Below, piece after piece: positions 33,030-42,975 of a stretch of DNA of 64,000 nucleotides (its first letter is position 1; the number at the start of each line of letters is the position of its first letter). Made by a program: the position numbers and the translations under genes. This DNA is from Bacillus sp. (in: firmicutes) (lineage in GTDB: Bacteria; Bacillota; Bacilli; Bacillales; DSM-1321). Where the stretch lies: positions 159 through 64,158 of the forward strand of contig JBJFHG010000064.1 in NCBI GenBank assembly GCA_051893455.1, read 5' to 3'. The notes under the pieces were generated by a model that ran no database searches, had not been told where the DNA came from, and saw only the letters and a program-made list of their open reading frames with translations.

Positions 33030-35693
33030 TTACTCGCCGCCGTCGCCGGGACCAGGGTTAGCGCCACCGGGATTGCCTCCGTCATCGGTTCCGCCACCGG
33101 ATTCACCGCCACCGTTGCCGGGACCAGTGCCGCCGTTGCCGGGACCGTTTTCTTCACCGTTACCGCCGCCATTTGCAGGTTCGTCGGTCTCATTCTCGTT
33201 TCCATTTTCGCCATCTTGATTTTCATCTTCTTCATTATTGCCATTGCCGCTGTCTTCGCCGTCTTCATTCTCAGTAGGCGGCTGTTCTTCGTTTTCTTCT
33301 GGCTCTTGTTCTTCATCAACCTCTTCCTCTGCAGCAGGGTCAGGGATTTGGATCGTAACGGATGCCGGATCACTTTCAGAACCGCCCACAATTGCAGTAA
33401 CTGAGAATTTATAGATACTGCCAACAGATGGGCTGGATATCTTAATGGATTTATCCGTTGTCGTGCTCAATACGGATTCACCACCGTTATCGATGCTTTG
33501 GCTGACTTTAAATGAAGTTTCGCCGTCAGAGTCAGAATAACTCCAAGACAATGTCAGTTCATTGGCTTCTGAATCATAATTGACATTCAGATTGGAAGGT
33601 GCGTCAAGTTTATCATAGGTCTTGGAAACGGATGTCGGCTCCGTGCCTTTAACGAAATATTCATAGACGATTTGATCACTCGGTGTATGCTCACTCGGTA
33701 AGCTGGCAGGATTGCTGCCTTTTTCAACGCCTACTTTGACAACGCTATTCGGTTTTTTGAAGTCTTTTGTATTTTTCCCTTCAGAAACATTTGACATTAA
33801 AGCCTTGAACATACGTTGAGCATATTTTTGCTCTTCTTTGTTCAAATACCCATCTTTCTTATTTTGATAGCCGGTCCAAATAGCAGCCGTGTAGTCAGTT
33901 GTATAGCCGACAAACCAGGCGTCCGGCACGCCTGAAGATGGATAGTTATATTTGTTCAGGTCTTCTTTACTGAAGTTGGTTGTCCCTGATTTACCTGCAA
34001 TCGGCAAACCTGGAACATTAGCGGTTGTACCGGTTCCGGATGTCATGACCGATTTCAGCATGTCAGTGATCATAAAGGCTGTATAATCCTGCATAGCGAC
34101 TTCAGGTTCAGGAGTTAAGTTTACGGATGTTTTGTCGCCAAGGACAATCTTTGACACCGCATATGGTTCTGTATAGACCCCTTCGTTCCCGAATGCGCTG
34201 TACGCCGCCGCCATATCTCTAGTGGAGATTGTATCGACTCCTCCAATAGAATAGGATTCATAAAACTCATCGCCGAAATCAAGGCCCAATCCTTCGCCGA
34301 ATTCTTTGGATTTCTCGAGCCCAACTGCTTGCATCGCTTTTAGAGCCGGAATGTTATACGATTTTGCTAACGCAGTTCGGATACTCATTTGGCCATGATA
34401 TTGACCGTTATAGTTTTTGATCGGAGTACCATCGGAGTAACTGTATTCCTCATCAACAATCTGTTCATAGGTCGACCATTTCAAGTATTCAATGGCAGGA
34501 CCGTAATCGAGAATCGGCTTGATGGTTGAACCAGGCTGGCGTTTGATACCAGTCGCAAAGTTCAGTCCTCGTTTGACTTTTTGGTTACGGCCACCGCCGA
34601 TCGCTTTAATTTGGCCGGTACCGGTATCCATTAAAGTGATCCCTGCTTGCAGTTTTTCATCATTAAAACTGATCACATCAGATGAATTCAGCATGTTGTA
34701 TACATATTCCTGTGCATTTGTATCGATGGTTGTGTATATTTCCAATCCATCTGTGTAGACGTTAAAATCGGTTTTTTTATCGATTTCTTCGATGACGACA
34801 TCAATGAATGAATCGTACGCTGTCAGGTCGTCTGCCTTTCTGTCCTCTTCGGTCAGCAATGTTTCCGAAATACCGACATTCTGTGCTTCTTTCATTTCAG
34901 CCTCGCTGATATAACCATGTTTGTTCATCAGCTGAAGAACCACATTACGCCGTTTTTCAGCCTTTTCCGGATGCTCGAACGGATTATAGGCCGAAGGGCT
35001 TTGAGGCAGGCCGGCGAGCGTCGCAACTTCATGAAGCTCTAATTCATCCAGCTTTTTACCGTAATAAGTCTCTGCCGCTGTTGCTATCCCGTTTGCACCT
35101 GCACCATAGAAAATTTTGTTCACGTACATTTCAAAAATTTCTTCTTTTGAGTATTTGCGTTCAATCTGAAGGGACAGCCATAACTCCTGCGCTTTCCGTT
35201 TCAGCGTTTTATCGGGCGTCAGGAAAGAACGCTTAACCAATTGCTGCGTGATCGTGCTGGCGCCCTGAGAACCGAACCCGTCAGTGAAGTTTGCTACAAC
35301 TGCACTGCCCAATCGAAGAATGTCGACGCCACTATGTTCATAAAAGCGTGAATCCTCTGTGGCAATGACCGCATCTTTGACCACTTGCGGGATATCCTCG
35401 TAGGCAACATAATCCCGGTTTTCGGTGCCTAGTTCACCAATCAGAACGGAGCCGTCTTCATTATATATTTTCGAGGAAATCGGATCCTTCAGTGCTTCTT
35501 CATTCAAATCCGGCGCTGTACTCACATAATAAGCAAATGTTGCAGCTCCTGCGATTACGCCTACTGCTATAAAAATAATCAAGAAAAACAGGATGCGTTT
35601 AAACAGGCTTGTTTTTCCTTTGTCGCTTCCTTTTTTTGGTTTTTTCTTGCTGTTTCGTCTCTCTTGTCGAGTTTGGAACTCTTTATCAGCCAT
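33030..35693 (-). CDS. ponA: Class A penicillin-binding protein PBP1A with FN3 domain and acidic Gly-rich tail
   Basis: EDSRFYEHSG, GASTITQQLVK, RKAQE; STIK (SxxK), SYN, KSG; low-complexity C-terminus. Confidence 0.97.
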   Translation of the reverse strand: MADKEFQTRQERRNSKKKPKKGSDKGKTSLFKRILFFLIIFIAVGVIAGAATFAYYVSTAPDLNEEALKDPISSKIYNEDGSVLIGELGTENRDYVAYEDIPQVVKDAVIATEDSRFYEHSGVDILRLGSAVVANFTDGFGSQGASTITQQLVKRSFLTPDKTLKRKAQELWLSLQIERKYSKEEIFEMYVNKIFYGAGANGIATAAETYYGKKLDELELHEVATLAGLPQSPSAYNPFEHPEKAEKRRNVVLQLMNKHGYISEAEMKEAQNVGISETLLTEEDRKADDLTAYDSFIDVVIEEIDKKTDFNVYTDGLEIYTTIDTNAQEYVYNMLNSSDVISFNDEKLQAGITLMDTGTGQIKAIGGGRNQKVKRGLNFATGIKRQPGSTIKPILDYGPAIEYLKWSTYEQIVDEEYSYSDGTPIKNYNGQYHGQMSIRTALAKSYNIPALKAMQAVGLEKSKEFGEGLGLDFGDEFYESYSIGGVDTISTRDMAAAYSAFGNEGVYTEPYAVSKIVLGDKTSVNLTPEPEVAMQDYTAFMITDMLKSVMTSGTGTTANVPGLPIAGKSGTTNFSKEDLNKYNYPSSGVPDAWFVGYTTDYTAAIWTGYQNKKDGYLNKEEQKYAQRMFKALMSNVSEGKNTKDFKKPNSVVKVGVEKGSNPASLPSEHTPSDQIVYEYFVKGTEPTSVSKTYDKLDAPSNLNVNYDSEANELTLSWSYSDSDGETSFKVSQSIDNGGESVLSTTTDKSIKISSPSVGSIYKFSVTAIVGGSESDPASVTIQIPDPAAEEEVDEEQEPEENEEQPPTENEDGEDSGNGNNEEDENQDGENGNENETDEPANGGGNGEENGPGNGGTGPGNGGGESGGGTDDGGNPGGANPGPGDGGE

Positions 35694-35882
35694 TTAAGCT
35701 AACCCTTCCTTTCATAGAGCCTTCATTTTCACATGTCTTAGGTATGAAGAAAGTAGATTGTTGTGTTACCTTACATTTTTATGTCCCGCATAAAGCGTCT
35801 CATTAAAGCCGGTAGCTCTATTTTTTATATAGCGTTGATCTACCCTTATCCTACAGCCTTTCTGGTTTCAAGTTTTCGCCGG

Positions 35883-36491
35883 TTATTCTTGAAGCAGGGA
35901 ATCCACGGCATTCAAGTAATGGATTCTCGGCTGAAAACCCAGCTGTAATGGATAGGAAGTCTGTTCTATTTCTTTTTTGGTAATGGATTTTCTCCCGCCT
36001 TTTAGCATTCTTTCCCAAAAATGAATCAGTTTTTCCGCTTCCATCAAGAATATTTCATCCAGGGAAGAAAAACGCAGAATGACAAAGCATATGCCCTGTT
36101 GCTGAAGAACGGCCTTCATATGGGTGATTTGATGTTCATGAAAGTTTTTCAGCGGGAATGAGGTATGATTCTTCGTTTCTTTCGCTTCAAAATCAATATA
36201 CCTCCCTCTATAGACCCCATTATAGTCAGTAGTGGATGCTTGTTTGAAATAGGCTTCCTTTATGACTGCTGCACTCCGTTTTGGATAGTTTACATCCACG
36301 ATTTGGATAGGTGTGGGCTTCTTATGGATGACGGCTATGTTATTGGCCAAATAATAATCATTTGTTTCATTCAAATCAGCTTCTAGTGTCATCCCCCGGT
36401 TACTGTAATCGATCTTTTGTACCGAATTTGCTGATTTCTTAAGCTTTCCAGCAGCATTGAATTTTTTTCCGTTAGGATAATGAAAGACCAT
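35883..36491 (-). CDS. recU: Holliday junction resolvase RecU
   Basis: [43 protein letters not shown]. Confidence 0.98.
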   Translation of the reverse strand: MVFHYPNGKKFNAAGKLKKSANSVQKIDYSNRGMTLEADLNETNDYYLANNIAVIHKKPTPIQIVDVNYPKRSAAVIKEAYFKQASTTDYNGVYRGRYIDFEAKETKNHTSFPLKNFHEHQITHMKAVLQQQGICFVILRFSSLDEIFLMEAEKLIHFWERMLKGGRKSITKKEIEQTSYPLQLGFQPRIHYLNAVDSLLQE

Positions 36492-37023
36492 CTCTTACCC
36501 CCTATCTGTCTAACGATTCTATAAGGCGGAATCGGGCCATAACATGATTCACCACATTCTAAGCAGAGTCATCAATTTATAATACCAGAAAAGATAACGA
36601 ATGGGAGAATAAAATATTTGGAATCCATTCATTCTATAGGGAAGATTATATCATTAAACAATAAAAATGTTTCATAACGCCCGGTTTTCTTTGAGTTCCA
36701 GCGCTTTAACAGACTGCGTACAGTTTGTTAGGCACAGGATGAAGTATATAATGATTGAATTCTTTTGCGACGGCAAGTTTTTTGACTCGGAAGAGAATTT
36801 CTGGCACTTTTGGAAAATCGATGTTGGGACACATCATTATAAAAGAGGATGGTGTAGTTTGCTGAACCGGAACTTACTTATGTAGGCACGCACAAAAAGA
36901 GGATAGATGAAAGGGGTCCCCCTGCTCATTTATCCTCTGATTATGGCTTATGTGATTTTTTGCATTTTCTTACCCTTTAGGGTGCTCCACCTTGTTAGGG
37001 TGATATGTTAGTGGGACTCCTTT

Positions 37024-37143
37024 TTAAGTAGCCGGATGATCTGGTCGTGCCAGCTTAGGATTTCCTTCGCCTGCTTTGGTGGTCGGCGTATTGGCTGCTT
37101 TTTGCTTTTTCAGGTTTTGTTCCTTTGAATTGTTCGATCTCAA
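37024..37143 (-). CDS. sspM: SspM-like small acid-soluble spore protein (39 aa)
   Basis: AGGAGG RBS and TTG start; MRSNNSKEQNLKKQKAANTPTTKAGEGNPKLARPDHPAT ends like SspM (KL..P.RP.T); SigG-like GCATA-18-GAAACTA upstream; syntenic position. Confidence 0.72.
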   Translation of the reverse strand: MRSNNSKEQNLKKQKAANTPTTKAGEGNPKLARPDHPAT

Positions 37144-37317
37144 GATTAACACCTCCTGATTATAGTTTCTCAAGCTTAATTCCGAAATATGCACTCCTTT
37201 TTGTCGAAACGGACGGCCCTGCCGATTTCTTTGGCGATATCCTTCTAGTTTTGTCATGGTGGCAGGGATTCGAAGGGTTTTCAAGAACATCTAGTTGTAT
37301 TACAGAGGAAATGGGGA

Positions 37318-37584
37318 ATGATCATGTACAGTGAGATTTCTGCAAAACAGGTGTCTGCGATGATTGAGGAAATAGCCAGCCAGCTTGACTTGCTTGAGAC
37401 ACAGATTTCCGGAGCAGTAAGTAAAGAAGTGGAGTTATTGTCTATGAGCCAGAAGGAAATGAATGGAGTTCTCGAGCAAAATTGTGCTATATTGGAGGCG
37501 GCTGTTCAGGAGTATGGGAAGGTGACAATCAAAAGTTCCCCAATCCCGCGTAAGTTTAAAAAAGCCCCTCAGCTGCAATTCTAG
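37318..37584 (+). CDS. Small coiled-coil protein at the yppD position
   Basis: 88-aa ORF with RBS and downstream hairpin, between sspM and yppE; identity inferred from position only. Confidence 0.6.
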   Translation: MIMYSEISAKQVSAMIEEIASQLDLLETQISGAVSKEVELLSMSQKEMNGVLEQNCAILEAAVQEYGKVTIKSSPIPRKFKKAPQLQF

Positions 37585-37679
37585 TCCGCTTTGGCGGGGC
37601 TCTTATTTATCAACTAAGATTCGTCGCGGCTATTTGCATACAGGTGAGCAGATAACGCGCTTTTACGGGAGTGACATAT

Positions 37680-38039
37680 ATGGAAACAAAAAATGATGAT
37701 ATAAAGGCGGCAACTGAACAATTGATAATCGTTCTTGCCGATTTGAATAACTTGTTCCAACATACAAAAGAGACGAAAAAAGAATATGATTTCTACAAAG
37801 ATATTGAGCCGTATGTGAATGAAGTGCAGTGGAAGTTGAAAAGATGGCAAAATGCCATGGAGAAGGAATTGATGGAAAGGCAGATTACCTATTTCGGAAA
37901 ACGTCAGCTAGAACAGATTGTCGATAACATAAGCAATTTGACTGTTCAGGCTTTTCAGCATACCGCGAGCCTTAAACGTTTTAAGGACTATTATCAATCC
38001 ACTCATTTCCTCCTGACTTCAATCTATAGGAAATTGTAG
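37680..38039 (+). CDS. yppE: YppE family protein (DUF1798)
   Basis: YDFY..I.PY, Y....QL....DNI....VQAF....S.KRF. Confidence 0.88.
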   Translation: METKNDDIKAATEQLIIVLADLNNLFQHTKETKKEYDFYKDIEPYVNEVQWKLKRWQNAMEKELMERQITYFGKRQLEQIVDNISNLTVQAFQHTASLKRFKDYYQSTHFLLTSIYRKL

Positions 38040-38054
38040 AGGCTCCGGCACAGA

Positions 38055-38082
38055 CACCAAAACCCTAAGAGGGGCATATGAT
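38055..38082 (+). promoter_or_regulatory. Putative SigK promoter of yppG
   Basis: CACC-16 bp-CATATGAT. Confidence 0.5.
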
Positions 38083-38114
38083 GGAACAAAGTGCTGAAAG
38101 GGATGATAACCAAT

Positions 38115-38717
38115 ATGGTACTAATGCCTATGTGGCGACAGCCAGGGGAATCCGGCCCGCCGCCTTGGTTAACGCCAGATTATCAAGCTTCTGGCCCGAT
38201 GACGGGCTATGAATCCATGCAGGGGGCCTCTTTTCAAGGTCAGGGATCGATACCTTCAATGCCTTACCAGGGGCAGCAGCAACCTATGGCCGGCTTTCAG
38301 GTCGGCCCTTTTGGATACCAAGGGGAAAACCAGACTGGGTACGAAGAATACTTTGCCCCGCAGCAAGGACCGGCTTCACCCCCATATATGTATCCGCATC
38401 ATATGCAAACCCAACCGCATTCCCCAATGCCCAATTACCCTCAAACGAATGGAGATTTCTCCCTCTTCTCCAATCCGTTGCAGCCTAATAAAAATCAGGC
38501 AATGTTTCAGAAGTATCCAAACCCCTATCCGAAACAGGGGAATATGCAGAAACCCAAAAGCTCAGGATTTCAGTCGATAATGAACCAGTTCAAGACGCAG
38601 GACGGATCGGTCGATGTCACAAAAATGATGAATACAGCAGGACAGATGGTCGGAACCGTCAATCAGGTGCAAACGATGGTCAAAGGATTGGGCGGGCTTT
38701 TCAAGGCAGGGACTTAA
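38115..38717 (+). CDS. yppG: YppG family spore protein (Pro/Gln-rich)
   Basis: F.NPL, PYPK, IMNQFKTQDGSVD..KMMNTAGQM; start codon uncertain (38091-38127). Confidence 0.88.
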   Translation: MVLMPMWRQPGESGPPPWLTPDYQASGPMTGYESMQGASFQGQGSIPSMPYQGQQQPMAGFQVGPFGYQGENQTGYEEYFAPQQGPASPPYMYPHHMQTQPHSPMPNYPQTNGDFSLFSNPLQPNKNQAMFQKYPNPYPKQGNMQKPKSSGFQSIMNQFKTQDGSVDVTKMMNTAGQMVGTVNQVQTMVKGLGGLFKAGT

Positions 38718-38811
38718 TAGAAAGCAAAAAGGATTAATGTCAAGTAGCGGCATTAATCCTTTTTGCTTGGGAAAGCAGCAATCGGAGGCAACGGGGACAG
38801 CCAACAGTCTA

Positions 38812-39294
38812 TCATTGGTCAATGCGTATTTTTTTTCCTTTCGCTTTCGGTATAGTGATGGTCAAAAGGCCTTCAATGTGTTCAGCATGTATCAAAGCTG
38901 AATTAATGGGATTCGGCAGATGTACCCTGCGAGAGACTGTCTCTGTCTGGGATTGGCTGCTTATGACATGGTGATTGTTGTCCCTTTCCTCCGTGATTGT
39001 CATATTATTGACTGTAATGAGAATATCCTGTTGAATCACCTGGAGTGAAATTTGGTTCTTCCGGACACCAGGTAGCTTGGCTTGAAGAATATAGGAGTCT
39101 TTGTTTTCTGTTAGACCAAGGGGGAACCCGGTATTTCTGTACCTGGGGGAGGATTGGAAAAAGCGGTCTACACTTTGGAGAACCCCCCCGTTTGTCTTTC
39201 CCCCGAACAATTGATCCATATTCATGATGAAGTCAGAAAAAGGCACCTGCTGGCCTTTCCTTCTGGATGACTGATTATTTTCTCCGGAATGCAT
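38812..39294 (-). CDS. Hsp20/alpha-crystallin family protein (YpqA-like)
   Basis: A.LPGV.K.QI, R.V.LP..I, A....GLLTITIPK; AAGGGAG RBS before ATG 39294. Confidence 0.88.
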   Translation of the reverse strand: MHSGENNQSSRRKGQQVPFSDFIMNMDQLFGGKTNGGVLQSVDRFFQSSPRYRNTGFPLGLTENKDSYILQAKLPGVRKNQISLQVIQQDILITVNNMTITEERDNNHHVISSQSQTETVSRRVHLPNPINSALIHAEHIEGLLTITIPKAKGKKIRIDQ

Positions 39295-39649
39295 ATCGGC
39301 TGCTCCCTTCTCATATAAGTAAATGGCGGACCTGTGTATGATTAACCTATGCATGATTTTCCAAAAGGTTACAATCACGCAACGGTCATTTGCTTATTGA
39401 GAAGAAAAGGGAGTCTGTGTAAAATGAGAGATTGTAAAGAGATTTTTAGGTAGAGTGGGGTACAAGAAGTGCAAAAAGTGATTCTTTATTTGTTTTTCCT
39501 ATTAATATGCATGACCATGTTGATTTTTACCCTGTTAAAAGACGGTTCCTATGCCTTTTTGCAGTAATTGGGGCATACGTCTAGGTCACGAGCCTTCTTT
39601 CTACATAGTCTGATAATGTAAGTAAAACACGTAGAAAGGGGACACGAAA

Positions 39650-40012
39650 ATGGATAAAAGTTACGGTGGTGTCCACGGAACCGCATACAATGCTCCTGCA
39701 ACAATGGGATATTCGGGCGGGTATGGAGGCTGGCATGGCGGCGGTTACGGGGCAGGATGCGGCAGTTCACAATTTTGTCCACCTAATGTCGCGCCAACAC
39801 AGGTGATGCCTGCACAGGTAAGCCCGACAAATCAGACAGTTAATACGAATATAATTAAGCATGTTGTGCCGCATATTCATCCTAGTCATAATACAACCGT
39901 CAATCAACATGTATTCCAGCATCAACACTATTTTCCGCATACGCAATCAGTCGTGAACCAATGTACGAGCCAGCATGTCATATGCGGCTGTCCGCCTAGA
40001 CCGTACTGCTGA
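39650..40012 (+). CDS. cotD: CotD family inner spore coat protein
   Basis: V.PT...V......HVVPHIHPSH.T.VN.H..QHQHYFPHTQSVVN. Confidence 0.9.
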   Translation: MDKSYGGVHGTAYNAPATMGYSGGYGGWHGGGYGAGCGSSQFCPPNVAPTQVMPAQVSPTNQTVNTNIIKHVVPHIHPSHNTTVNQHVFQHQHYFPHTQSVVNQCTSQHVICGCPPRPYC

Positions 40013-40106
40013 TAATCGGAAAGGGCTGGATTCAGCCCTTTTTTTCATTTGGTGATTATGATACACTGCGGTGAAAGATTGCTATAGGTATCGATAAGGT
40101 GGATGA

Positions 40107-40682
40107 ATGGGTATGAAAGTATTGTATGTAACTGGCTACAAGAGCTTCGAGATGGGGATCTTTAAAAATGATGCCCCTGAAGTGACCATCATTAAGCTGG
40201 CAATCGAACGGACCATCAGGCAGTTGCTTGATGAAGGACTGGAATGGGTGCTCATATCCGGGCAGCTTGGGGTTGAGCTATGGGCCGGTGAGGTTGTATT
40301 AGCCTTGCAGGAAGAGTATCAGGAGCTGAAACTCGGTGTACTGACTGCGTTTCTGGATCAGGAAAGCGGCTGGAGCGAGATGAATCAGGAATATTATCAT
40401 TCAATCATCGGTTGTGCTGACCTGGTGGAGACGATTTCCAAACAACCGTATGTCAGCCCGGCGCAATTCCGCAACAGGGATCAGTTCATATTACATAAGT
40501 CAGATGCAGCTTTAGTCATTTATGATGAACAACAGGAAGGATCCGTTAAATATTTCTACCAGGAAGCCAAAAAGTACGAGGAAAAGAATCCTTTTAGGAT
40601 CATACAGGTTGATTTTTATGATCTACAAGCAATAATGGAGGATATCACCTTTCTTCATGCGCATAATAATGATGATTTCTAA
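40107..40682 (+). CDS. ypsA: YpsA/DUF1273 SLOG-family protein
   Basis: VTGYKSFEMGIF, EGLEWVLISGQLGVELWA, PY..PAQF, YDE..EGS. Confidence 0.93.
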   Translation: MGMKVLYVTGYKSFEMGIFKNDAPEVTIIKLAIERTIRQLLDEGLEWVLISGQLGVELWAGEVVLALQEEYQELKLGVLTAFLDQESGWSEMNQEYYHSIIGCADLVETISKQPYVSPAQFRNRDQFILHKSDAALVIYDEQQEGSVKYFYQEAKKYEEKNPFRIIQVDFYDLQAIMEDITFLHAHNNDDF

Positions 40683-40812
40683 ACCAAAAATGCTGGTCAT
40701 TATGGAATAATTGATTGAAACGTCGATGAATAGAGCAAGAAGAATTGACAAAGCTGTTGCTTTTTGAAAGAATAAAAATATATATGAAGTCGGACGTATA
40801 GAGGTGAATCTC

Positions 40813-41127
40813 GTGGAATCGGATAAAATAAAATTAACTGCAAAAGATATTTTGGAAAAAGAATTTAAAGTTGGTATGAGAGGCTATAAGCCGGAAGATG
40901 TCGATCAGTTCCTTGATGTGATCATTCGTGATTATGAGGCGTTCCATCAGGAATTGGAAGAGCTGCGTCAGGAAAATCAAAAGTTGCGCAAAAAAGTGGA
41001 AGAGCAAGTGAACCGTCCTGCCAATGCCAATTATCAGCAATCGGCTCCAGGTACGACGAACTTCGATATTCTGAAACGTTTGTCCAATCTGGAGAAGCAT
41101 GTTTTTGGAAACAAACTGTATGAATGA
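40813..41127 (+). CDS. gpsB: Cell division regulator GpsB
   Basis: [16 protein letters not shown]...DVDQFLD.II.DY; [18 protein letters not shown]. Confidence 0.97.
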   Translation: MESDKIKLTAKDILEKEFKVGMRGYKPEDVDQFLDVIIRDYEAFHQELEELRQENQKLRKKVEEQVNRPANANYQQSAPGTTNFDILKRLSNLEKHVFGNKLYE

Positions 41128-41157
41128 TGATCAAATAATCAAATATTAATCTTTGCA

Positions 41158-41186
41158 TTGATTATCGGAAAGAAAACGTATATAAT
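41158..41186 (+). promoter_or_regulatory. SigA promoter of rnpB
   Basis: TTGATT-17 bp-TATAAT. Confidence 0.7.
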
Positions 41187-41199
41187 GGTCAATGTTATG

Positions 41200-41606
41200 T
41201 TTGATGGCGTTCGGGTAATCGCTGCAATTACGCAAGTAGATTGTAGAGGAAAGTCCATGCTCGCACAAGCTGAGATGCATGTAGTGTTCGTGCCTAGTGA
41301 AACAATAAGCTAGGGCAGTCTTGACGACTGACGGCCGGGAAATTGCCTAAGTCCATCCGGATATGGCATGACCCTATAAAAGTGCCACAGTGACGAAGCT
41401 TTTCCAGAAATGGAAAAGGTGGAACGGGTAAACCCCACGAGCGAGAAACCCAAATTTTGGTAGGGGAACCTTATATCCTGGAAATGAACGGGATAAAGGA
41501 CAGGTCTGGCCTGTAGATAGATGATTACCGCCTTTGTACGAGATAAATGATGTTTATCGCCTGCAGTACGGAAGGAACAAAACATGGCTTATAGAGCGTT
41601 GTCAAA
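41200..41606 (+). ncRNA. rnpB: RNase P RNA, class B
   Basis: GTTCGGGTAATCGCTGC, GAGGAAAGTCCATGCTCGCAC, AAGTGCCACAGTGACGAAG, GGAACGGGTAAACCCCACGAGCGAGAAACCC, AGATAGATGATTACC, AACAAAACATGGCTTA; P1 ends pair; located between gpsB and ypsC. Confidence 0.98.
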
Positions 41607-41629
41607 TTAACATTATAACCATACTTCAA

Positions 41630-41661
41630 CAGACTCTCCCTGTGATTGAGGAGAGTCTTTA
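41630..41661 (+). terminator. Terminator after rnpB
   Basis: AGACTCTCC...GGAGAGTCT followed by TTA. Confidence 0.75.
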
Positions 41662-41725
41662 TTGTTATAATAAGTGAATGAGTGGTACATACCGATAAAA
41701 TAAACAAAACAGTAAAGGTGATAAG

Positions 41726-42868
41726 ATGGCAAAATATACAATCATCGCAACAGCAGCAATGGGACTAGAAGCATTGGTCGCAAAAGAAGTGCGGGATCTT
41801 GGCTACGAATGTCGCGTCGACAATGGAAAGGTTATTTTCCAAGGGGACGAAACTGCTATTGCGAGAGCAAACATGTGGCTTCGTACTGCAGACCGGGTCA
41901 AAATTGAAGTGGGGAAATTCAAAGCTTACACATTCGAAGAACTGTTTCAGGCAACAAAAGCGCTGCCGTGGGAACAGTTCATTACTGAAGACGGGGAATT
42001 TCCTGTATCAGGGAAGTCTGTCAAATCAAAGCTATTCAGTATTTCCGATTGCCAGGCCATCGTCAAGAAGGCCATCGTTGAACGGCTGAAATCGGCTTAC
42101 AACAGGATTGCCTGGTTTAAAGAAGATGGCCCGCTGTTCAAAGTAGAAGTGGCCTTGCTGAAGGATGAGGCGACATTGACGCTCGATACATCAGGTGTAG
42201 GGCTCCATAAACGCGGCTACCGTGTTTCTCAAGGGGAGGCGCCGCTTAAGGAGACATTGGCCGCTGCGCTTGTCATGCTGACCAACTGGCATCCGGATCG
42301 TCCGCTTGTGGATCCATTCTGCGGCTCCGGAACCATTCCGATTGAGGCTGCCATGATCGGGCAAAATATCGCTCCTGGATTCAACCGTGAATTCGTCTCT
42401 GAACAATGGCCATGGATACCGGCCGAAATATGGGATAAAGTACGGGAAGAGGCCGACGAAAAGGCTAATTATGACCAGCCATTGAATATCATTGGGTCCG
42501 ATATAGACCATAAAATGGTCGAACTGGCGAAAGCAAACAGCATGGAAGCAGGCTTTGGCGATCTAATCCAATTTAAGCAAATGCAAGTGAGCGACTTCAC
42601 GACAAAAGAAGAATACGGGGTCATCATCGGCAACCCTCCATACGGGGAACGTCTTGGTGATAAGGAGACCGTTGAAAAAATGTATCGTGATATGGGCCGA
42701 ATATTCAGCCAGTATGATACATGGTCCGTCTACATGCTCACTTCCTATGAGCAATTCGAAAAAATGTACGGAAAGCCAGCAACGAAAAAGCGGAAGCTCT
42801 TCAATGGTTTTATCCGTACGGATTTTTATCAATATTGGGGGAAAAGGCCTCCAAGAGCGAAACAATAA
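41726..42868 (+). CDS. ypsC: THUMP-domain RNA methyltransferase YpsC (RlmL-like)
   Basis: GLE..VA.EV, NMWLRTADRV, LHKRGYR, APLKETLAAA, DPFCGSGT, NPPYG. Confidence 0.95.
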   Translation: MAKYTIIATAAMGLEALVAKEVRDLGYECRVDNGKVIFQGDETAIARANMWLRTADRVKIEVGKFKAYTFEELFQATKALPWEQFITEDGEFPVSGKSVKSKLFSISDCQAIVKKAIVERLKSAYNRIAWFKEDGPLFKVEVALLKDEATLTLDTSGVGLHKRGYRVSQGEAPLKETLAAALVMLTNWHPDRPLVDPFCGSGTIPIEAAMIGQNIAPGFNREFVSEQWPWIPAEIWDKVREEADEKANYDQPLNIIGSDIDHKMVELAKANSMEAGFGDLIQFKQMQVSDFTTKEEYGVIIGNPPYGERLGDKETVEKMYRDMGRIFSQYDTWSVYMLTSYEQFEKMYGKPATKKRKLFNGFIRTDFYQYWGKRPPRAKQ

Positions 42869-42975
42869 AGCAATAGAGGAAATTGACAGAAGGGCAAAGA
42901 ACGTGCTGTCAATTTTTCTTTTGGCCGGCATGCCGAAGACTAAGAATGAGAGCCTGTGAGAGAGGGATATGAAAA

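Noticed and set aside
32975-33424. Two alternative-frame ORFs (149 and 134 aa) over the ponA 3' end
   Set aside because: By-products of the low-complexity repeat tail of ponA.
41310-41585. 91-aa minus-strand ORF
   Set aside because: Lies within the RNase P RNA gene.
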